64,000 bases of DNA from an uncultured Acidimicrobiales bacterium (GCA_943788915.1 CALSSD010000005.1:186001-250000); one strand, 5' to 3'; shown: positions 48,346-59,729, numbered from the stretch's first letter. Notes: generated from the sequence alone by a model not told the origin. Numbers and translations: made by a program.

Positions 48346-49551
48346 CTAGGTGGCAGCTGAAGTCAGCCGTAGCTCGATCGGGTCGCGCTCAAGGCCAAGC
48401 ATGGTCGCAGCTCCCGTGGCAGATATGGCGGCAACAATCAAGATTGGCACGGTTTGAGTCGCTACCGCATCCGCAACGAATCCAACTGCGGCGGGCAGGA
48501 TCAGGCTTCCGACTGCGCCAGTAAGAAAGACCCATCCCATTACCGACCCAAGGCCCCGGACCCCGAAGAGGTGTGCAGTCACGAGAGGCAGCAACGCGAC
48601 GAACCCGCCATAGGCAACACCAAGAACGAGTACGAAGACAACCAAACCACCGACCCGGCCATCGGCAAGCCACCAGATCACGAAGGCGAGCGGTTGCACA
48701 AGGAAGGAAAGCTGAAGCATCCGCACCGGCCCAAGGCGGTTCGCGAACCCTGTCAGAAACAGCCGGCCGACAATGCTTGATCCACCAACGAGCCCAACAA
48801 GCACAGCTGCTGTTCCCGAGGACACACCCCGGTCGGTGGCAAACGGCACGATGAAGGCGAAGGCCGCCAGCATCGAACCTTGCTGCAGCACTGCGCATAT
48901 ACCGAGACGACGAAATGCAGGCGTTGCGAGCACTTCGCGGAGATGATCCGATCCCACAGGTGGCGGTTCGATTGGTGGACGCTTGACGAAGATCCCTCCC
49001 AAAAAGAAGGTGACTGCAGCCAAGATCGCCAAGATGACAAACGCCTGCCGCCAGCCCTGCTGGTCAATAATGCGCCCGACGACCGGAACAAGAATCAACG
49101 TGCCAATGCCGCTCCCGGTAGCCACGACCCCCTGTGCTATTCCTCGGTGCCGGTCGAACCAGCCCGCCGCCATCGCGAACAACGAGGAGTTGAACAGCCC
49201 GCCTCCAAGCCCGGCGCCAATTCCACAGGTGAAATACCCCTGCCATAGGGCACCAACCTTCGACGTGGCGTAGAGGCCTATGGCGAACATCGCACCGCCC
49301 ACCCAGATCAGCGGCCTCGCTCCCCAACGGTCAGCAAGGCCACCGGTGACAGCGCCCGTGCCGAAGAAGAGGAACGCGGTGATCCCGAAGACGATCGAGA
49401 CGGAACCAAGCCCTGCATCGAACTCGAGAGCCATGGCATCGAAAAACGCACCAAATGAATAGATGGTGCCGAACGAGGTTGCGACCAGCGCAGAAGACGC
49501 AAACGCGACCCGCCACGCCTGCGCCGAATCAATCCCCTGCCCCATGCCCAT
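48346..49551 (-). CDS. MFS transporter (monocarboxylate/OFA-like)
   Basis: GGLADRWGAR, WFDRHRGIAQG....GSGIG, SIVGR; leaderless TAGTGT-N6-ATG. Confidence 0.88.
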   Translation of the reverse strand: MGMGQGIDSAQAWRVAFASSALVATSFGTIYSFGAFFDAMALEFDAGLGSVSIVFGITAFLFFGTGAVTGGLADRWGARPLIWVGGAMFAIGLYATSKVGALWQGYFTCGIGAGLGGGLFNSSLFAMAAGWFDRHRGIAQGVVATGSGIGTLILVPVVGRIIDQQGWRQAFVILAILAAVTFFLGGIFVKRPPIEPPPVGSDHLREVLATPAFRRLGICAVLQQGSMLAAFAFIVPFATDRGVSSGTAAVLVGLVGGSSIVGRLFLTGFANRLGPVRMLQLSFLVQPLAFVIWWLADGRVGGLVVFVLVLGVAYGGFVALLPLVTAHLFGVRGLGSVMGWVFLTGAVGSLILPAAVGFVADAVATQTVPILIVAAISATGAATMLGLERDPIELRLTSAAT

Positions 49552-49755
49552 GCCGTGACACTACTGCCGCTGAATCCCGCGACAAGAACAAGACTCGGCC
49601 CGTCAGTCTCGTATCCCGGCGTGTCACCGTGCCATGTCGGAGTTCGTAAGCTGTGATCACTCATCGTCCTCTCCCCGGGGCTCCGGACGTGCATACACAA
49701 GCTGTCGGAACGAACGAAGGCATTGGAGTAGAAACCACATCGGGATAATCGTTCG

Positions 49756-50926
49756 TTAGTCAGCCGGTGGCGCAACGCCGTTGGCCGCGAGGACTGCCCG
49801 CAGGTCGGCCTCGGTCATACCAAGTACTTCTGCGGCAGCTGCCACATCTGGTGGGGGCCCGCCAAGAGCATTCTGGAGTTCTTCGTTCGAGATGCCAAGC
49901 GCCTGTGCAGCCGCGGTCAGGTCGGGAGCACCACCACCAGGAGCGGCACCAGGAGCGGCACCAGGAGCGGCACCGGGAGCAGGACCACCGGGTCCGGCTT
50001 CAGTGAACTCACCCATGAGGCATCGAGAGATGTAGGGATACTGTTCGGTGATGACGTAGGCATACGCATCACCAATCACGGTGCCATTACATTCGTCGAG
50101 GTCGCCCTGATCATGGGTGAACACCCAATCAGAGACATAGGTTCCGTCGGGAGCAGTGCCGTCTAGATCAACGACGCCGGTGCGATAGGCACAATCGGTG
50201 CCGGTACGGAGGTCGGTCGCCAACCTATAACTCGGTACGTAAGCATTCGACTTGGAGTAGTAGATCAGGTGGCCATCTGCTGCGAAGCCGACCAGCACCA
50301 GGTCTTCATCGCTAGCAAATGCGTCGACGAGCAAGTCGGAGACTCCGTGATAGTGGTACTCGCCTGTTGGCTGCACATGGGCGTTGTTGAAGTCCATGCC
50401 CAGGTTGAACATGTCTTGCAGGCCTTCAATGCGGTAGGACTCACCGGTTGAACACGGCACGGACTCGGCCGTTCCCGGCTCGAACTTGACGCCGTTCAGC
50501 GCAACCCCCGGCTCACGTACCGCTTGTGCCTGACCCGTGAACGTTGGTTCGGTGGTCAACGTCCATGTCTTGTCCTGCGTAGAGATGGCGTTCGGGTTCC
50601 CGCTGTTTGGGAAGTCGCCGGTCTCATGATTCGGCAAGGTATTCGACCTAATGATGCGGGTTCCCCCGTCAACCGTGACCATCACCTGGGTACCGAAAGA
50701 TTCATCGATCAGGGAGTACGAGCCGAAGTAATCAGCATTGGCGACGGCGACGACCGGATTCGGCGCAGTGGCCTCGGCCCCGACCTCGGATTGCACTGCA
50801 GCCGCTTCGCTGAGCTGTCTCGGTCGCGGCGTTGTCGCTTGATCCACACGCAACCAACACAGTGAGCAATGCGAGCGCTGCAAGCAGACGTGCTGGTCTG
50901 GAGGTTCTGGTCATCGGGTTATGCAT
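49756..50926 (-). pseudogene. YHYH-domain lipoprotein; signal peptide out of frame with the body
   Basis: Lipobox LTVLVAC in ORF 50732..50926. Body (GVALNGV, NNAHVQPTGEYHYHG, GFAADG, DLDECNG) lies in ORF 49756..50883; frameshift ~50812-50820. Confidence 0.7.
49935..49980 (-). repeat. 12-bp tandem repeat encoding an APGA linker
   Basis: CACCAGGAGCGG x3 plus a variant copy (+ strand). Confidence 0.85.
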
Positions 50927-51109
50927 GTTGGTCCACTGTCGTCTCGCTATCTACCGGCGGTGACGTGATCCACCTTCGCCACCTTGTGCAAAGGTTCTGC
51001 AAACTGGCTGACAAGACACCCGCAGAACCCGACGCGACACACGCACCGATTCCTAGGGTGATGCGCGCACACTCGGCAACAGATTCCACACCAACGATTT
51101 CTAGGTCAC

Positions 51110-52120
51110 ATGATGACGGACATATCTTCCAAACACTTTCCGACCTTCCGTGCAAGCCTGCCGTCGATGGACGGCAAGACCGTGGTTATCACCGGCACCA
51201 CATCGGGCACCGGCAAGGTCGCTGCCAACACGATGGCCGAACTCGGCGCCAAGGTCCTGATGCTCAACCGGGCGTCTGGCCGCTCGACCGCGGCGTTCGC
51301 TGAACTCTGCGCCGCACATCCCGACGCCGACCTGCATGCCGTCGAATGTGATTTGCAGTCGTTTGACTCGGTTCGTGGCGCAGCCACACAGGTCGCAGAA
51401 CTCTGCCCCGAAGGAATCGACGTGTTGGCCAACAACGCTGGTGTTATGGCGCTTGCCGACACCGCCACGGTCGACGGATACGACATACAGATGCAGACAA
51501 ATCACCTGTCGCACTTCCTACTCACTCGCGAACTGATGCCACTGCTCAAACGCGCTGCAGACGAGCACGGCGAAGCCCGCGTTGCCAATCACTCAAGCAT
51601 CGCTCGACTATCACCGAGCAAGAAACTCCACGCCGAACATCTCGGCAAGAACGGTGGCAAACTCGGTGGCAATGGCTCCAAGATCCAGAACATCATGTTC
51701 ACCGGACCTCGGTGGCTTCGTTACAACCAGACGAAACTCGCCAATGCCGCGTTCACCGCTGCTCTCCATCACCGCCTGCAGGCGAATGACTCGAAGGTCA
51801 AGGCACTGGTGGCCCACCCTGGATTGGCGAACACCCACCTGCAGCAAACATCGGTCGCCGAGGGCGGCATGGGCAGTCTGTTCACCAATATCATGATGCG
51901 CTTCAGCCAAAGTCCTGAAGACGGCACCATGGGACTACTCAGTTGCATGTGCCTGCCCGACGCCCAGTCAGGTCAGTTCTATGGGCCTGGAAGCAGCACA
52001 ACTGCCATGCGAGGCAAGGCGGAACCGTTTGCGCTCGAGTCCTTCTACGACAACGACGCAACCCGCGACCTGCTCTGGAACAAGAGCGAAGCGGCAATCG
52101 GAGCCTCGTTCGAGATCTAA
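51110..52120 (+). CDS. SDR oxidoreductase (retinol dehydrogenase/WWOX-like)
   Basis: VITGTTSGTG, CDLQSF, NNAGVMA, NHLSHFLLT, YNQTKLAN, AHPG. Confidence 0.9.
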   Translation: MMTDISSKHFPTFRASLPSMDGKTVVITGTTSGTGKVAANTMAELGAKVLMLNRASGRSTAAFAELCAAHPDADLHAVECDLQSFDSVRGAATQVAELCPEGIDVLANNAGVMALADTATVDGYDIQMQTNHLSHFLLTRELMPLLKRAADEHGEARVANHSSIARLSPSKKLHAEHLGKNGGKLGGNGSKIQNIMFTGPRWLRYNQTKLANAAFTAALHHRLQANDSKVKALVAHPGLANTHLQQTSVAEGGMGSLFTNIMMRFSQSPEDGTMGLLSCMCLPDAQSGQFYGPGSSTTAMRGKAEPFALESFYDNDATRDLLWNKSEAAIGASFEI

Positions 52121-52125
52121 GACGA

Positions 52126-53169
52126 ATGGGCGTGACCCCCGCAGCTAGCGTTGACGGCGTGAACCAGCCCTCATCTTCGCCACTCCTGTCCGACCGAAGT
52201 GGCGTGGCCAGGTACGGACACTTCGACAACCCGGTCGGCCCCATCCGGGCTGGCGACCATGCACTGCGGTCACCAATGGGCGGCGTCGTAACCGACGCCG
52301 AACGCGATGCCGCATTTCGATCGTTCCAGTTCATGGGCGCGGTCGGCGAGAACATGGCCGCCGGATGCGCCGTAACCCACACCATCCACGGCGCGAGCGC
52401 GTTTGCCTATCTGTGGGCCGATGGCGTGTTCACCCAGCTGCGGCTGGCCGACCGCGATGGCGACACCGTCGCCTTCGCAGCAGACCCCGACTACGGAACC
52501 ACGGTGCTCTCAACCGGCCGCGGCTCGGTCCACATGGAAGCCGACGGTTCGAAGAAGAAGTTGCGTGTCTCTTCACCCGACCTGTCGATTGAGCTCGAGT
52601 TCGAAGACGAAAGTGTTCTGCGACTGTGCACACCGACCGGCCCAACCGGCTGGGCCTACGTGCAGAAGGTTGCCGCAGTGCCAGCCTTCGGTTCAGCCAC
52701 CACCGCCACCGCATCGGTTGATTTCACGGCAGCCGATGCGCTCGCCCATCACGACTACACCACTGGGTTCCTTCGCAGCGAAACGTGGTGGCATTGGGCA
52801 TGTGTGGCCGCCCGCCTGCCCGACGGACGCCGACTTGGGGTGAACGTTTCGTGTGGCACCAACGAGAGCGGCTTCCGAGAGAACGGTGCCTGGCTCGACG
52901 GTCAATGGCTTGAGCTTGGCGGCGCCCTCTTCGACTTCGACGCCGACCAGACCGAAGAACCGTGGGAGATCACTGGCACCGACGGACGGTTTGGTCTCCG
53001 GTTCAATGCCGGTCACGGCTACCACGCCCGCCATGAATCCGATGCGCTGAGCACCAACTTCCATCAGCTGTTTGGCAGCTTCGAAGGCTGGATCACAACC
53101 GACGACGACAAACGACTTGAGTTCGCCGCCGCTCCAGGCTTCACCGAAAGCCAATACCTGCGCTGGTAG
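52126..53169 (+). CDS. DUF2804-like protein
   Basis: FQFMG, HDYTTGF..SETWWHWA, GVNV..GTNE....EN..WLDG, FHQLFGSFEG, GFTE. Confidence 0.62.
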   Translation: MGVTPAASVDGVNQPSSSPLLSDRSGVARYGHFDNPVGPIRAGDHALRSPMGGVVTDAERDAAFRSFQFMGAVGENMAAGCAVTHTIHGASAFAYLWADGVFTQLRLADRDGDTVAFAADPDYGTTVLSTGRGSVHMEADGSKKKLRVSSPDLSIELEFEDESVLRLCTPTGPTGWAYVQKVAAVPAFGSATTATASVDFTAADALAHHDYTTGFLRSETWWHWACVAARLPDGRRLGVNVSCGTNESGFRENGAWLDGQWLELGGALFDFDADQTEEPWEITGTDGRFGLRFNAGHGYHARHESDALSTNFHQLFGSFEGWITTDDDKRLEFAAAPGFTESQYLRW

Positions 53170-53185
53170 CTGCCGACGCTCGGTC

Positions 53186-53923
53186 TCAACGCCCGCCGGC
53201 GCGCATGCGTTCTGCCATGTCGTCAGGGCGACCGTAAGGTTGCGAACGTTCCCGCTGCAACGCTTCGGTTCGTGGCATGTTCTGGCTGTCGGTGATGAGT
53301 CGTTTCATCATCGAGACAGTTCCCGACGAGTTCCCGGCGATCTGACCCGCAGTCTCGGCGACTGAGCCTGCCAATTCGGCAAGCGGCACCGACCGCACGG
53401 CCAAACCCATGGCAGCAGCTTCGACGCCGCTCACCCGGCGAGCCGTGAAGCTGAGCTCGCGAGCCTTGGACACGCCGATTCGTTCAGGCAAGCGCACCGA
53501 CATCCCCCACACCGGCACCAGGCCCCATTGGCCGTGGGTGTCACCGATCTGGGCATCGTCGGCACAGATGATCAGATCACACCCCAAGATGAGCTCCAAT
53601 GCGCCGGTGAAGCAGTGGCCATGCACCTGAGCAATGGTTGCCTGCGGCAACGCTTCGAGTGCGTCGATGGTCTCAGCCTGGAAGTGAGGACTCGGCGCCT
53701 TTTCTCCAGCAGCAATCGAACCCAAGTCATTACCGGCACAGAACGACCGGCCAGCACCGGTCAACACCACAACTCGCACCGACTCATCGGTCGCGATGGC
53801 ATCGATATGGTTGCGCAGCTCAACGAACGCTGCCGGATTCATAGCATTCAACTTGTCGGGCCGGTTGAGCGTCAGTGTGGCCACACCATCGGCATCGGAA
53901 CGGAGAACAAGATCATCACTCAT
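53186..53923 (-). CDS. Enoyl-CoA hydratase/isomerase family protein
   Basis: TLNRPDKLNA, SFCAGNDL, HCFTGALEL..GCD, DTHGQWGLVP.WG; leaderless TACTGT-N6-ATG. Confidence 0.88.
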   Translation of the reverse strand: MSDDLVLRSDADGVATLTLNRPDKLNAMNPAAFVELRNHIDAIATDESVRVVVLTGAGRSFCAGNDLGSIAAGEKAPSPHFQAETIDALEALPQATIAQVHGHCFTGALELILGCDLIICADDAQIGDTHGQWGLVPVWGMSVRLPERIGVSKARELSFTARRVSGVEAAAMGLAVRSVPLAELAGSVAETAGQIAGNSSGTVSMMKRLITDSQNMPRTEALQRERSQPYGRPDDMAERMRAGGR

Positions 53924-54029
53924 ATTCGAACAGTAGCGACTAGGCCGGTTCATCGGTCAGGCGACGCAGTCGGTTGGTGCAGGGACGCCATCGCCACACC
54001 ATGTCTTCGCCCTCTCGGCAACGGGTCAC

Positions 54030-54161
54030 CACAAGTCGTTTGTTGTTCAAGTACAGGTTCAACCGACCGGCGCCCTGGTCCCCGAGCACCTGGGCGCACA
54101 TTGGCCCTGACACAACTGCCGACTTATCGATGATGGTGTACCCATCGAGTGGTCCAGTCAC
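54030..54161 (-). pseudogene. N-terminal remnant of a family III (CaiB/BaiF) CoA-transferase
   Basis: VTGPLDGYTIIDKSAVVSGPMCAQVLGDQGA...LNNKR; the rest of the gene is missing. Confidence 0.6.
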
Positions 54162-54263
54162 GTTTTGCTCCCCCGAGTCTCGGAGGAAGATAACGACTGC
54201 AGCACCACCCGTCGAGACCGGACGACCGCTTGACGTTTCACCGGCGACCGTCGAACATTGGAG

Positions 54264-55310
54264 ATGGCTCGCATCACGCTCGATCAGGTGAGTCGCACCG
54301 TAGATGGGAACCACATTCTCGATGGCGTGTCGTTCGATGCGGCCGAAGGCGAATTCGTCGGGCTGATCGGTGGGTCGGGCGCTGGTAAGACGTCGATCAT
54401 TCGTGCCATTGCAGGATTTGATCCAATCACCGCAGGATCAATCTTGTTCGACGGCGACGACATGACCGAGACACCAACTCGCGACCGCGATATCGGCAGT
54501 GTGACCTAGGGGAACACGCTTTTCCCGACCAAACGAGTGCGAGGAAATCTACTGTTCCCGCTGTGGGCTCGGAGCGTCAGTCGTGAAGAGGCCCAAGCCC
54601 GGGTCGATGCCGAGAGCCCAGCAAATGCGCTCACACACATTCTCGATCGGTGGCCAGCGACGTTGTCCGGCGGCGAGCAGCAGCTGACACAGATCGCCCG
54701 AGCACTGATTCGTAGACCTCGGGTCTTTCTGATGGATGAACCGCTGACCAATCTTGACCCGCCGACCAGGCGCCGGCTGCGTGAGGAACTGGTCGGGTTG
54801 CAGCATGGGTATGGCGTGACCGCCATCTATGTCGCCAACCGTGCCGATGAGATTATGAATATGCCGGATCGGCTCGTCGCCATCGAACACGGACGCGTCA
54901 TCCAGACCGCAACCCCGGCCGACGTGTACCGGGATCCAGCATCGCTCACCATCGCACGTTTGACCGGCGAGGTCGGCACGTTGCGTGGAACCCTGATCAA
55001 CGACGACAACGGGCTGGTCTTGAGCGGGCCCGACCTGTCACTGCGACTGCTGCCATCGGTTCATCCGCGCCATATCGGACACCAGGTCACACTGGTTGCT
55101 CGTAGCGAAGACGTGCGGGTGACAGCTTCTGGTGCGCTCACCATGACAGCGGGCGCGATGACCTACGGCGGATCGGGCTCGGTGCGAGAACTGCTGTCAC
55201 CGGCTGGTGTGATGTACACGACCGATCATGATCTCACCGAGGGATACTCGGTGTCGGTGTGGCTCGACCGGTGGCATCTGTACGACGCCGATGGCCAACT
55301 GATCAGCTGA
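54264..55310 (+). pseudogene. MalK-like ABC ATPase with an in-frame TAG (54507-54509) at the Q-loop
   Basis: Walker A GGSGAGKT; RDIGSVT*GNTLFP continues in frame to LSGGEQQ and FLMDEPL; H-loop reads IYVAN; no permease nearby. Confidence 0.8.
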
Positions 55311-55321
55311 ACCACGTTGCG

Positions 55322-57430
55322 TCAGCTGGCTGGGCTAACCAAACCTTGGTCGGCTAGCAGCGCATCTGGTGTCGCGTCGCGACCGCGGAACAGTCGGTAT
55401 ACCTCGGCCGCTGGGCGGCTGCCGCCGAGGCCGAGCACTGTTTCACGGAAGCGACTAGCAACCTCGGCCAACTCGGCCTCGTTGTCCAGACCAGCTTCGC
55501 GGAACGCAGCAAACGCGTCAGCAGCGAGCACCTCGGCCCACTTGTAGGAGTAGTAGCCGGCTGCATAACCACCAGCGAAGATGTGACCAAACGCGGGCAA
55601 CATGCTCTCGCCTTCGAGCCGTGGCGTAACCAGGATCTGGTTGCCGAGCTCGATGTCGAGGGCTTGCGGGTCCACGATCGAGTCGTCGATGCCGAAGCGT
55701 TGGTGCAAGGTCAGGTCGGACTTGGCGAAGTGCAGTTGGCGCAGCGTTGCGTTGGCGACCATGAAGTTACGGCTGTCGATGATGCGGTCGAGTGTTTCGT
55801 CGTCCAGTGGTTCACCGGTGTCGACGTGGGCGGTGAGTGCCCGCAGGAATGGTTTGTGTTCCATCCAGTATTCGTTGAACTGGCTGGCCAGCTCGACCGA
55901 ATCCCATTCGACCAGGTTCATGCCCGAGGCACCGCCTTCGTCGATCTCGGTAAACATATGTTGGGTGGCGTGGCCGAACTCGTGAAAGAGCGTGCGCACT
56001 TCGTCGAGCGACATGAGGCCGGGGCGGCCGTCGGCTGGCGGTCGGGCGTTCATCACGAACAGCGCCACTGGCAGCGAGCTGTCAGCATCACCGGTGGCGA
56101 GCAGGCGATCGCGGCCGACCACGGTGTTCATCCATGCCCCACCCCGCTTCTCGCCCGGGCGGCTGTAGGGGTCGACGTAGAACGCGGCAATCACGTTGCC
56201 GTCGCGGCGGACTTCAAAGAACTGCACTGACTCGTCCCATACCGGCACGGATGCGTCGGTCGATTCGGCGATCTCGACGCCATACAGTTTGGTGACCAGA
56301 TCGAAGAGGCCACCGAGCACCTTGGGCAGCTGGAAGTAGTCGCGGAGCACCTCGGCGTCGTAGCTGTACAGCGCCTCTTGTTGGCGTTCAGCCCAGTAGG
56401 CGGTGTCCCACGGCTGTGGGTCGTCGGCACCTTCGGCGCCTTGTTCAACCATGAACGCGGTGAGTGATTCGAGTTCGATCTCAGCGAAGGGACGAGCGGC
56501 ATGTTCGAGTTGATCGAGCAACTCCCACACGGCTTCGACCGACGGCGCCATCTTGGCATCCAAACTCAGCTCGGCATAGTTGGCGAAACCGACCAGTTGG
56601 GCCTGTTCTTGGCGCAGTTCCAGGATCTCTTTAAGGATCGGGCGGTTGTCTAGGTCCGGTTGCACACCCCGGGTACGGAACGCGCGCAGCATGTCTTCAC
56701 GTAGTGACCGGTTGGTGCCGTTCTGGCAGATACCCAGGTAACTCACGCCGTTGACTTGGAAGTGCCAGGCATCTTCGGCGCCGTCTTCGATGGCCTGGTT
56801 CTTGGCGATCTCGATCACTGCGTCGGGCACACCGTCGAGGCGAGCTTCGTCCGTCACCTTGACCCGCGACTCACGCTCTTCCTTGATCAAGTTGGTGCTG
56901 AACGTGTTGCTGATCTCGGCCAACCGGTTCTTGATTTCCTTGTAACGATCCTGCTGTGCGCCAGTCAGCGCCACACCGGAACGTTCCATGCCCCGGATCG
57001 ACTCATCGAGAATGCGGGCTCGGGCAACCGACAGGTTCTGGCCTTCGTCGCTATCTCGCAGCGCGACCATGGCGTCGTAGACCGCACGACTCTGGCTCAT
57101 CGTGTTCGACATAGCCACGATCGCAGGGCGCACCGCGTCGTAGGCCTCTTGCATCTCATCGCTGTACTTGACGCTGGTCAGATGGGTGATGGCGCCGATG
57201 ACCGCTTCGAGACGGTGCTCGATCCGCTCCAGGGGTTCCATCAGACCGGCCCAGGTTGGCTCAAGCGATTCTTCCAGCGCAGCGAATTCAGCAGTCGCCA
57301 TGTCGACCAACTCGGTCACCCCAGGCTCCACGTCGGCAGCGGCGATCCCCGCCCAAACCGGCAGATGGGCGATGGTTCCGCTCGTGGTTGTCAGTTCGAG
57401 ACGGGCAAGCGGCGTAGCTGTATCACTCAT
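55322..57430 (-). CDS. prlC: Oligopeptidase A (peptidase M3A)
   Basis: KRGGAWM, LFHEFGHA, EWDSVELASQFNEYW, HIFAGGYAAGYYSYKWAEVL; leaderless TAGCCT-N6-ATG. Confidence 0.92.
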   Translation of the reverse strand: MSDTATPLARLELTTTSGTIAHLPVWAGIAAADVEPGVTELVDMATAEFAALEESLEPTWAGLMEPLERIEHRLEAVIGAITHLTSVKYSDEMQEAYDAVRPAIVAMSNTMSQSRAVYDAMVALRDSDEGQNLSVARARILDESIRGMERSGVALTGAQQDRYKEIKNRLAEISNTFSTNLIKEERESRVKVTDEARLDGVPDAVIEIAKNQAIEDGAEDAWHFQVNGVSYLGICQNGTNRSLREDMLRAFRTRGVQPDLDNRPILKEILELRQEQAQLVGFANYAELSLDAKMAPSVEAVWELLDQLEHAARPFAEIELESLTAFMVEQGAEGADDPQPWDTAYWAERQQEALYSYDAEVLRDYFQLPKVLGGLFDLVTKLYGVEIAESTDASVPVWDESVQFFEVRRDGNVIAAFYVDPYSRPGEKRGGAWMNTVVGRDRLLATGDADSSLPVALFVMNARPPADGRPGLMSLDEVRTLFHEFGHATQHMFTEIDEGGASGMNLVEWDSVELASQFNEYWMEHKPFLRALTAHVDTGEPLDDETLDRIIDSRNFMVANATLRQLHFAKSDLTLHQRFGIDDSIVDPQALDIELGNQILVTPRLEGESMLPAFGHIFAGGYAAGYYSYKWAEVLAADAFAAFREAGLDNEAELAEVASRFRETVLGLGGSRPAAEVYRLFRGRDATPDALLADQGLVSPAS

Positions 57431-57937
57431 CCGGTCAGGCTATCGGTGAACCACCGCCGCCTTCCCTCCAACTAGCTCACACAAACGCTGGGGCACTCAG
57501 ATCGGGCGCATGCGTCTACGCCGTGGATGAGAGCGGCACTCCACCAACGAGTAGCAGCTGTCGAGGACCAGTGAACAACGGGGTCACCACAGCTGCTTGG
57601 TGGATGCGGGCCGATGACGGGCAAGCGTACGTTGCGGTCGTGAGCCTCGTGAACAACTCCTGCGAACTGGACCTCGCGTCAGTCATCGAGTTGATGGTCA
57701 CATTGCGCGACGAGACAATCTCGCTGACCGCCGAGTAGTCACGGCCACCGCTTGTCTCCCGACCCGCACAAGAACGGCACATCCGTTTGGTCCATCTGCG
57801 CCCCACGCCCGCTCGTGATCCCGACCGAGAACTCCCGGACCGGCGCCCCAGTGCCGGCGTGCCAGGACTGTCGCGGGCGCCCACTCTCAACGCGGCCTAT
57901 GTTGGCAAGGTTCACGAGCAAAGAGGTAGGTCACCTG

Positions 57938-58609
57938 GTGGAGACGATCAGCATCAGCGACAACGCAGCGATTCGGCTCCTCACCATGGACCGCCCTGAT
58001 GTTCTCAACTCGGTGAACCTGGCGATGATGGACGAACTGACCGATGCGTTCACTAAGGCCGCAGCCGACGACGCAGTCAAGGTACTCGTGCTCACCGGAG
58101 CCGGTCGTGCCTTCTCAGCAGGTGCCGATATCTCCGAGATGGACGCCCCGCAAGACCTACAGGGACGCGGCCAGAGCAACATGGACGAAATGGTCAGCGC
58201 GATCATCGACTTCCCCAAACCGTTCATCGCAGCGGTCAATGGGGTAGGGGCCGGCTACGGCGCCACGGTGTGCGGGCTAGCGGACCTGGTGGTCATGTCC
58301 ACGTCTGCTCGGTTGCGGTGCCCGTTCTCCGCGCTGGGCATACCACCTGAGTTGGCGAGCACCTACAGCTTCTCCCGCTTGATGGGCCATCAACGGGCAA
58401 CCTGGTTTCTGTTGGCTTCACAGTGGATGACCGCCACCGAGTGCGTCGAGGCCGGATTAGCTCTCGAGGCAGTCGAGCCGGACGCCTTGATGCCCCGAGT
58501 CCTCGAGATGGCAACCGTCCTCGTTTCAGTTCCTCGTGAGTCGCACTGTCTATCCGGACACTCGCACTATGCATGCAAATCAGCAAACACCGACAGGTTG
58601 GCTGACTGA
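57938..58609 (+). pseudogene. Enoyl-CoA hydratase/isomerase, C-terminally truncated
   Basis: AFSAGADI, KPFIAAVNG, PFSALGIPPE. Similarity stops at ~58540 and is followed by an unrelated tail. Confidence 0.65.
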
Positions 58610-58754
58610 CGACGCCCCGTTCTTATCAAGCGCTCTACTCGGGCCGATACCGGGCGGCCCTTTGGTGCCGCTGGCGCGGTTGTGAGCTCTCACCCCATTT
58701 GGCCGAGCTCAAGACCGACGCCCTCGAGCAGTCCTGACGGCCTGCGCTTCGAGA

Positions 58755-59729
58755 TCAGGTGGGCTGATGGCCAGCGGTTTCGCCGACCCAGGTCCACAGT
58801 CGGTCTCTGCGTTCGGCAGTGTCGGAACGCTTTGTGGTCCACAGCTTGTGTGTCGGCCGGGTGCGGCGATCGAGCCAGAACAGCCCGTTGGACTCAAGCA
58901 CCGAGTCGTCGGACGCTAGCCATGCCAGCGTGTCGGCTCCTTGCGCTGCGCTGCGCAGCAGCGGACCCATGACCTTGGAGAACGTCGGCAGTGAGTCGTC
59001 AACTCCGGGGGTGTCGGCCCATCCTGGGTGCATTGCATGGAAGTGGATTCCGAGGTGGCCATACCTTTCGGCCCACATCTCGTTGAGGGTCACTTGGGCT
59101 CGTTTGGCCCGGGCGTATTGCTCGGCTCCCTTGTATTCCCGGGCACTCATTTGAAGCTTCGACACGATGAGATTGGTGCTGTACATGCCGCCCGACGACA
59201 TGGTGAGCACTCGCGCTGGCGCCGATGCTGCGAGCCTGTCGAGCAGCAAGCCGGTAAGCAGGAACGGCCCGACGACCTGGCTGGCCACGGTGGCTTCGGT
59301 GCCGTCGGGCGCGTCATGGCGTTCGCTGGTGAGTGCGCCGGCGTTGTGAATCAATACGTCGAGTCGGTCGTGTTCGGAAAGCACTGATGCGGCGAGTGCT
59401 CGTACTTGGTCGTAGTCGCCGAGGTCGGCTGGGACCTGGGTGATGGCGTCGTTGCCGGTGGCCTCGATCATCTCCGTGACCACGGTCTGGTTTCGTTCGG
59501 GGTTGCGGCCAACAAGGACGAGTGTGGCGCCGCATTTGGCGAGTTGGGTGGCGGCCGCCTTGCCGAGGCCCGATGTGGCGCCGGTGAGCACGATGACGCG
59601 GCCGGCCAGGTTGTAGTCATCGAGTCGCGTCCACTGGTCGAGCCGTCGGCGCGACTCGTAGCCGATCCTGGTGAAGCTCGTGACGATTGGTGCCTCGATG
59701 AATGCGTCGGCGATATCGCGCACGTTCAT
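58755..59729 (-). CDS. SDR oxidoreductase (DHRS12-like)
   Basis: TGATSGLG, HNAG, MSSGGMY, YARAKRAQV, MHPGWADTPGV. Confidence 0.9.
   Translation of the reverse strand: MNVRDIADAFIEAPIVTSFTRIGYESRRRLDQWTRLDDYNLAGRVIVLTGATSGLGKAAATQLAKCGATLVLVGRNPERNQTVVTEMIEATGNDAITQVPADLGDYDQVRALAASVLSEHDRLDVLIHNAGALTSERHDAPDGTEATVASQVVGPFLLTGLLLDRLAASAPARVLTMSSGGMYSTNLIVSKLQMSAREYKGAEQYARAKRAQVTLNEMWAERYGHLGIHFHAMHPGWADTPGVDDSLPTFSKVMGPLLRSAAQGADTLAWLASDDSVLESNGLFWLDRRTRPTHKLWTTKRSDTAERRDRLWTWVGETAGHQPT

Noticed and set aside
49570..49675. RBS-ATG followed by GPSLVLVAG, resembling an alpha/beta hydrolase N-terminal stub (minus strand)
   Set aside because: Only ~30 codons of weak similarity.
3704..49980. Short tandem repeats as CRISPR arrays
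   Set aside because: Units are 11-15 bp, contiguous with no spacers, mostly in-frame coding, and no cas genes are present.
15021..54509. Genome-wide TAG recoding (pyrrolysine or Gln) suggested by in-frame TAGs at 15021 and 54507
   Set aside because: Many intact genes end in TAG at their expected C-termini (e.g. 7338, 8330, 27597, 41645, 45745). The two sites imply different residues (Ser, Gln), each one substitution away, and no pyl genes are seen.
57523..57738. 71-aa ORF resembling the C-terminus of a serine hydrolase
   Set aside because: Too short and lacks diagnostic motifs; possibly another remnant but cannot be supported by eye.
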